IMG/VR virus record: IMGVR_UViG_3300047159_000056 | Location: 96,001 to 160,000 of that record | Length of the DNA: 64,000 bases | DNA from: a virus | Lineage: Duplodnaviria > Caudoviricetes | Reading direction: 5' to 3' (one strand) | Shown here: positions 59,526 through 64,000 of the stretch, piece after piece | Numbering within the stretch: position 1 is the stretch's first letter | Layout of the letters: the number at the start of each line of letters is the position of its first letter | Notes under the pieces: model-generated | What the model was told of the DNA's origin: nothing | The model's database searches: none | Seen by the model: only the letters and a program-made list of their open reading frames with translations | Program-made: the position numbers and the translations under genes

Positions 59526-59765
59526 TTAAGGATTGGTTGTTGTAGTACCTGATCCTGTTGTTTCTGCTTTAGTTGTACCAATCATAGATACAGTACCATT
59601 GTTATTCTGCTCTTTAACAGCTACGTCAAGAATATCAGAAATAACTTCATCATTGTTTACATCTTCCACAGTAGCAGAAACGATTGCATCATTAACAGTA
59701 GTAGTTGCAGTTCCACCAACAATGTAATACTTCTCTTCGTCGGCGGTTAAACTTCTATTTTCCAT
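59526..59765 (-). CDS. Small acidic Thr-rich protein without the leader
   Basis: 79-aa ORF filling the gap between two leader-family genes. Confidence 0.55.
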   Translation of the reverse strand: MENRSLTADEEKYYIVGGTATTTVNDAIVSATVEDVNNDEVISDILDVAVKEQNNNGTVSMIGTTKAETTGSGTTTTNP

Positions 59766-59782
59766 AATAGTTTATATTTTAT

Positions 59783-60163
59783 TTAGTTATTATCATTACC
59801 AATTCTTCTATGTCTACCTAAGAAACTAGAATTCTTCTTTTTCTTTGGTTGCTGAACTGGCTCCTCTACATGATTTTTATTGAAATTATCCATTGAAGAA
59901 CTAACTCTATTCATTGTAGATGATGTATTCTGTAATTCATTAGTTAGTTTATTCATGGCATCCAACTGCTTATCTTGATAAATTTTATCACTTGCTTTTT
60001 TGTGCTTGGCATCTAGATAGTAAGCTGTTGATAAACCTAAAGAACCCATACCCATAATAGGAGTACCATATTCTTTAAAGGCTCCCCAACCTTTTTTTAA
60101 TCCGCCCTGTACCTTTTTACCAATAATAGCGGCTGAGAATTCTTTTGCTCTGAACCTTATCAT
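59783..60163 (-). CDS. KxFS-leader single-helix membrane/coiled-coil protein
   Basis: MIRFRAKEFS; GTPIMGMGSLGLSTAYY then a coiled coil. Confidence 0.75.
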   Translation of the reverse strand: MIRFRAKEFSAAIIGKKVQGGLKKGWGAFKEYGTPIMGMGSLGLSTAYYLDAKHKKASDKIYQDKQLDAMNKLTNELQNTSSTMNRVSSSMDNFNKNHVEEPVQQPKKKKNSSFLGRHRRIGNDNN

Positions 60164-60181
60164 AATTCTTTGCTTTTGAGA

Positions 60182-60598
60182 TTAATAGGAGTATCCATCT
60201 CTATTAACCATATTATTTACCCAGTCTTTTCTTTCTCTTCTACCAGCTTGTCTCTTAGCATATGCTAGTCTACTATTAAAGAAATTATTTTCCTGAGCTT
60301 GTTTTCTGCCTTTCAAGTAGGATAGGCCTGCACCAATACCTGCACCTAAGAGAGCTCCCTTCTTAGAACCTAGGAGCATGCCTTTACCAATACCTCCACC
60401 AGCTTTTGAAAATCCTCCCAATACTGTACCAACTGCGGCACCACCTAGAGTACCAGTTATAGCACTTCCGGCAATATCTCCATAATTATGTGTTGGCCTT
60501 TTCTGAGTAGCTAAGATATCGGCATCTTTCATTCTCTTGAGATTGTCTGTATCATCCCATTGAGTAAATATTTTCCTTTTTAAAGTATATTTTGCCAT
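60182..60598 (-). CDS. KxFS-leader glycine-zipper protein
   Basis: MAKYTLKRKIFT; two glycine-zipper helices. Confidence 0.75.
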   Translation of the reverse strand: MAKYTLKRKIFTQWDDTDNLKRMKDADILATQKRPTHNYGDIAGSAITGTLGGAAVGTVLGGFSKAGGGIGKGMLLGSKKGALLGAGIGAGLSYLKGRKQAQENNFFNSRLAYAKRQAGRRERKDWVNNMVNRDGYSY

Positions 60599-60612
60599 AA
60601 TTATTTACTTAG

Positions 60613-61848
60613 TTATTGAATAGGAGGTTGATAGTATTGCTGCATATCTTGTTGCTGCTGTTGAACTTGTTTATCTTTAAAGTCTTGATACTTGAATGCA
60701 TTAGGATCAATTGCTCTAGTAGCCTTATCCATAGCCTTCTGTCCGCCTTCCCATCCTACTTTCATCATACCCATACCAACAGGAATAGAAGCAGCCAAGG
60801 CAATCTTAGAAGGCTGAACAACTCCATTCTTATCCAGGAAAGTCATTTTCTTAGCCATAGCCTGTGTCCAACTAGATTTTCCATGTAGTTTAAGATCTTC
60901 AGCAACTGCTTTTACCCCGGCCTTTCCACCTCCCATTGAAAGGTTGGATGCCGTTCCAAGAAGTGTTTGCGCAGGATGATCTCTAAATGTTTTAAATCCA
61001 CTTTTTGTAGCATTCCAGGCAGCCGATGCTCCCTTTTTTATATTTGCTGGTCCATTTTTAAAGAAATTACTAGCTACTGATTTTATTCCATTCATTCTAA
61101 CTAGCCTCATTACTGATGCAGGACTAGCATACTGTTTCTGCTGAGGACCACTAATACCGCTAAGAACTGAGCCCACTTGCTGATCTGGTAATTCTGTGCT
61201 GGCTAATTGATCTTTTATAGCTCTCTTGTCAGCTTTATATGCCATTACAGCAGGAATTGCAGTTAAACCACCAAAAGCTAGAGTCGAAGTCATATTATTT
61301 TTTATAGCTCTTCTTCCAACTTTTAGCCCTCTCCTAGTTGTATCTCCCATAAGTGATGCAAGAGAATATGATTTAGTTCCCGGTTGACTTTGATCTTCGC
61401 CAGTCATAACATCTGTAAGACCACTTTTCTTCATATCATGCTGTATATATTTATTGGCACCATAACCTGCTAATGACATTCCAGCACCAGATACTAAGAG
61501 CCCAGCCATTTTTCCTTTATGTCTACTAGCTAAACCAACCATATCCTTTACAAATAGTTTTCCATTCTTCAGGGTAGTTGGATTAATTAGACCATAAAAT
61601 TTTTCGTGTGGTTTATTTTGCATAATATCTGGAATTTGTCCAACTGCGCTAGGATCTTTTCCAACCTTCTCGGCAATATTATCCAATCTTCTATTCTGTT
61701 CTTTCATAAGATCTGCTTGTCTACTTGCTTCTTCTGCATTTTGTTCATCTGATTTCTTTTGCTGAGCTACACCTAATAATGAACTACCAACTAAGGCACC
61801 ATTTATTAGGAGAGGCAGGAAGAATATTTTTTGTCTGTACCTTATCAT
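60613..61848 (-). CDS. KxFS-leader multi-unit (polyprotein-like) membrane protein
   Basis: MIRYRQKIFF; internal EKFYG, TKSYS and QKQYA each precede a basic amphipathic segment and a hydrophobic helix. Confidence 0.75.
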   Translation of the reverse strand: MIRYRQKIFFLPLLINGALVGSSLLGVAQQKKSDEQNAEEASRQADLMKEQNRRLDNIAEKVGKDPSAVGQIPDIMQNKPHEKFYGLINPTTLKNGKLFVKDMVGLASRHKGKMAGLLVSGAGMSLAGYGANKYIQHDMKKSGLTDVMTGEDQSQPGTKSYSLASLMGDTTRRGLKVGRRAIKNNMTSTLAFGGLTAIPAVMAYKADKRAIKDQLASTELPDQQVGSVLSGISGPQQKQYASPASVMRLVRMNGIKSVASNFFKNGPANIKKGASAAWNATKSGFKTFRDHPAQTLLGTASNLSMGGGKAGVKAVAEDLKLHGKSSWTQAMAKKMTFLDKNGVVQPSKIALAASIPVGMGMMKVGWEGGQKAMDKATRAIDPNAFKYQDFKDKQVQQQQQDMQQYYQPPIQ

Positions 61849-61868
61849 ATATTTCCCTCCTATTTTAT

Positions 61869-62165
61869 TTAGCTCTGGAGAGAATCACTTGCAGACTTTA
61901 GACCTTTACCTAATCCTCTTACAGCAGCACCTTCTACACCAGCACCAACTACACGTCCTAAGATTTCTCCTCCTGGAACACCTAGTCCTGATAGAGTCGA
62001 TCCTATAAATCCACCTACTGGACCCATAGCACCGTGAGCTGCACCAGCAATAGCAGCAGGGGTAGAATCAAGAGCTTTGCCAACTCCTCCAGCTACTCCA
62101 CCTATTGTATTTTGAGCCGCCTCAGCAAATCCAAATGTTTTTCTTTTTAAATGATATGTTGCCAT
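61869..62165 (-). CDS. KxFS-leader glycine-zipper protein
   Basis: MATYHLKRKTFG; almost entirely G/A-rich helices. Confidence 0.75.
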   Translation of the reverse strand: MATYHLKRKTFGFAEAAQNTIGGVAGGVGKALDSTPAAIAGAAHGAMGPVGGFIGSTLSGLGVPGGEILGRVVGAGVEGAAVRGLGKGLKSASDSLQS

Positions 62166-62167
62166 AA

Positions 62168-62398
62168 TTATTCTTTCAAATCATTTATGTTAATTCCTCT
62201 ATTCATCATGGAATTCATATTTCTGACCTCTTTACCAATATCCCCTATTCTAGATAATTCACGATGAGAAGTTTTCATTCTACCAAGACGATCGAGGTCT
62301 GTATCATACTTTCTTCCCTTAATAAATCCAAACTGTGAACCAGCATTAGTATTTAATATCTGATTACTAGAATATTGTTTATTTCTTAAGATAATCAT
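62168..62398 (-). CDS. KxFS-leader small basic protein
   Basis: MIILRNKQYS. Confidence 0.7.
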   Translation of the reverse strand: MIILRNKQYSSNQILNTNAGSQFGFIKGRKYDTDLDRLGRMKTSHRELSRIGDIGKEVRNMNSMMNRGININDLKE

Positions 62399-62402
62399 TA
62401 TT

Positions 62403-63047
62403 TTAATCCCCCAATAAATATATCTTATAGTTAAGCCCGAACGGTAATATATTAAGAGCAGCTATTGCATCTTGTATACTGTCAAACTCTAGCACTAATG
62501 ATCTGCCAGGCTTATCATATTTTATTGCATCTCCTAAGAGTTTATGCACTGTCTTAGTTACATTGAAGTTTGGAGAGAATCTTGCGGAAGTAAATGGTGC
62601 CGGACCTTTCTTTTTATCATCAAAGCACTTAGTAGTAGGTCCATTAATAGACTCAGTTTCACTAAATTTCTTTCCACCCTTTCCTTGATTCTGGTTGTTA
62701 TTATTATCCCCACCTGGAGCTTTCTTTGCAAACAATCCATTATCAATATTTAAAGATAGGTTACCAAGTCTTTCGTCATAATATTTACCAGGTAGTCTTA
62801 CTTCATCTGGCATCTTAGCTCTTGCCCCAATCTTTAGATACATTCTGTATTTATCTTTTCCAAAGAAGGAAGTGCTAATTACAAAACGTTCTATTACTAT
62901 ATTATTTCCTCTGAGTATAGGAATAAGAGAAGATTTATCTATAATAGGAAATCTCTGTTTATCATAATTTGTCAGCTTCATAAGTTCCACATATAGTGAT
63001 CTCATAGCATCATACTCAGAAAATGTCTTTTCTCTAAATTTTATCAT
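62403..63047 (-). CDS. KxFS-leader soluble protein
   Basis: MIKFREKTFS; internal GGKKFS after an N/Q/G-rich linker. Confidence 0.7.
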   Translation of the reverse strand: MIKFREKTFSEYDAMRSLYVELMKLTNYDKQRFPIIDKSSLIPILRGNNIVIERFVISTSFFGKDKYRMYLKIGARAKMPDEVRLPGKYYDERLGNLSLNIDNGLFAKKAPGGDNNNNQNQGKGGKKFSETESINGPTTKCFDDKKKGPAPFTSARFSPNFNVTKTVHKLLGDAIKYDKPGRSLVLEFDSIQDAIAALNILPFGLNYKIYLLGD

Positions 63048-63417
63048 AAACTAATGATAAGTTAAAATGTGGATTCAAACCTAAGATCTCTATAATATCT
63101 AGAGCTATTCCTATGAAGTCTGTTTCCGCTGTTATTATTCTTTTGGAAGTATCAATATCAGTTATTCTCATTCTGAATTTCTCGGTAAGTAATTTTTTTA
63201 CATACCCGTATACCTCTTTGCTCTGAAGCTTTATCTGATAGTATCCCTTTCCTGTCTTAATAAACGATAATAATACCATTGCCTTAGAATTTAGTTTACT
63301 AGTCTTGTCAGCTTCATCTAGAGATATCTTATTATAACCTATTCTCTCGTCATCCAGTCTTTTAATAGCTTCTGGCATTAGATCTTCCTCAAGAGTTTTT
63401 GGTCTAAATTTAATCAT
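63034..63417 (-). CDS. Protein with variant KxFS leader
   Basis: MIKFRPKTLE. Confidence 0.6.
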   Translation of the reverse strand: MIKFRPKTLEEDLMPEAIKRLDDERIGYNKISLDEADKTSKLNSKAMVLLSFIKTGKGYYQIKLQSKEVYGYVKKLLTEKFRMRITDIDTSKRIITAETDFIGIALDIIEILGLNPHFNLSLVYDKI

Positions 63418-64000
63418 TTGCTTTTTAATATCTGGTTATCTTCAACCTTATTTTTTCCACTTATATCTTCACTATCAAGCTCTAGATTTATTTCCTTTAA
63501 GAACTCATATCTAGAATCTTTGACCTCATAAAAATTAAGCTCACACCTAAATTGACATTGATGAGCGAAATTAGCACTATCATCTTGTTGATAGCTATTT
63601 CCATTCTCAAAATTATCAGTAAGATTAAACCACTTAACTGCAGCAGTCCATCTTTCTCCATACCGATCTGTAGTCTTAAACTCTACTAGATTTGTTAAAA
63701 GATCTACATTGGAATATTTATTTTTAAAATCATGAAACAAAACCATATCAGGAGTATGTAATGTAAAATCTACTCCTTGCCTATGAGATATTATTCCATT
63801 CTCAGTATCACGTCTTTTAGGGTGGGAATATAAGATTGGTGTTTGATTAAATTGGTATGTTATATAAGATGTTTTTACCAGTGAAACCTCTTTATTAAGT
63901 CTAACTAGCTCTACGCCATAATCATCAAGAATTCTTCTCATTTCAAGAATAAACTGATCTTGATAATCAACCTCTCTTATAACATAGTCATTATATCGTT
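63414..64000 (-). CDS. Hypothetical structural protein (possibly tail-terminator-like), 5'-truncated by the window edge
   Basis: Frame stays open upstream of 63941 to the edge (RYNDYVIREVDYQDQFILE-MRRIL..). Confidence 0.55.
   Translation of the reverse strand, partial: RYNDYVIREVDYQDQFILEMRRILDDYGVELVRLNKEVSLVKTSYITYQFNQTPILYSHPKRRDTENGIISHRQGVDFTLHTPDMVLFHDFKNKYSNVDLLTNLVEFKTTDRYGERWTAAVKWFNLTDNFENGNSYQQDDSANFAHQCQFRCELNFYEVKDSRYEFLKEINLELDSEDISGKNKVEDNQILKSK

Noticed and set aside
2767-62753. Short plus-strand ORFs in the track and nested minus-strand ORFs (29593..29796, 30436..30696, 62558..62746)
   Set aside because: All overlap longer, motif-bearing minus-strand genes and show no protein-like features; 23961..24263 is antisense to the repaired spike gene
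38954-63417. Leader as Sec/Tat/lipoprotein/prepilin signal, or as an artefact of ATGA gene overlaps
   Set aside because: No h-region, lipobox or twin-Arg consensus follows; several carriers are soluble; conservation extends 8-12 codons with varied DNA sequence and occurs in non-overlapping genes
1-64000. Stop-codon reassignment (Lak/crAss-type TAG or TGA recoding)
   Set aside because: ORFs of 1500-2150 aa are intact in the standard code with dense tiling; the breaks seen are frame changes, not in-frame stops
1-64000. tRNA/rRNA genes, integrase, transposase, DGR reverse transcriptase
   Set aside because: No recognisable motifs, and intergenic spaces are mostly too short

Overview
A 64-kb slice of a large AT-rich myovirus (jumbo-phage-like) genome, with every credible gene on the minus strand in the standard genetic code. 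AT-rich leaders without Shine-Dalgarno sites and several gene families suggest a Bacteroidota host (inference). In transcription order (right to left): possible neck/terminator genes; a contractile tail sheath; a giant acidic repeat protein; a second sheath-like paralogue; the tail tube; a non-structural island (degenerate SF2 helicase-like, GIY-YIG/T5orf172-like, ABC-type ATPase, IMPDH/GMP-reductase family); a tail chaperone pair; a tape measure with lysozyme and SGNH-esterase domains; T4-like baseplate genes; and large fibre/appendage proteins, one ending in a metallophosphoesterase. The most striking feature is about 22 small or medium genes in three blocks among the structural genes. They share an N-terminal leader M-[IA]-x(1-4)-[RK]-x(0-2)-[KR]-x-[FY]-[STAG] (e.g. 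MIKFRAKEFS, MILPRIKNFS), fused to glycine-zipper membrane segments, an ADP-ribosyltransferase-like domain, a ferritin/Dps-like domain or SUKH-like domains. The K-x-[FY]-small core recurs internally at unit boundaries in apparent polyproteins, suggesting a sorting/processing-signal system for virion-packaged or membrane-targeted cargo. A candidate +1 frameshift site (TTC TTT CGA) lies in the tail chaperone. Several essential genes are broken by single-base indels that are most likely assembly errors. All family assignments are by-eye motif recognition; no searches were run.
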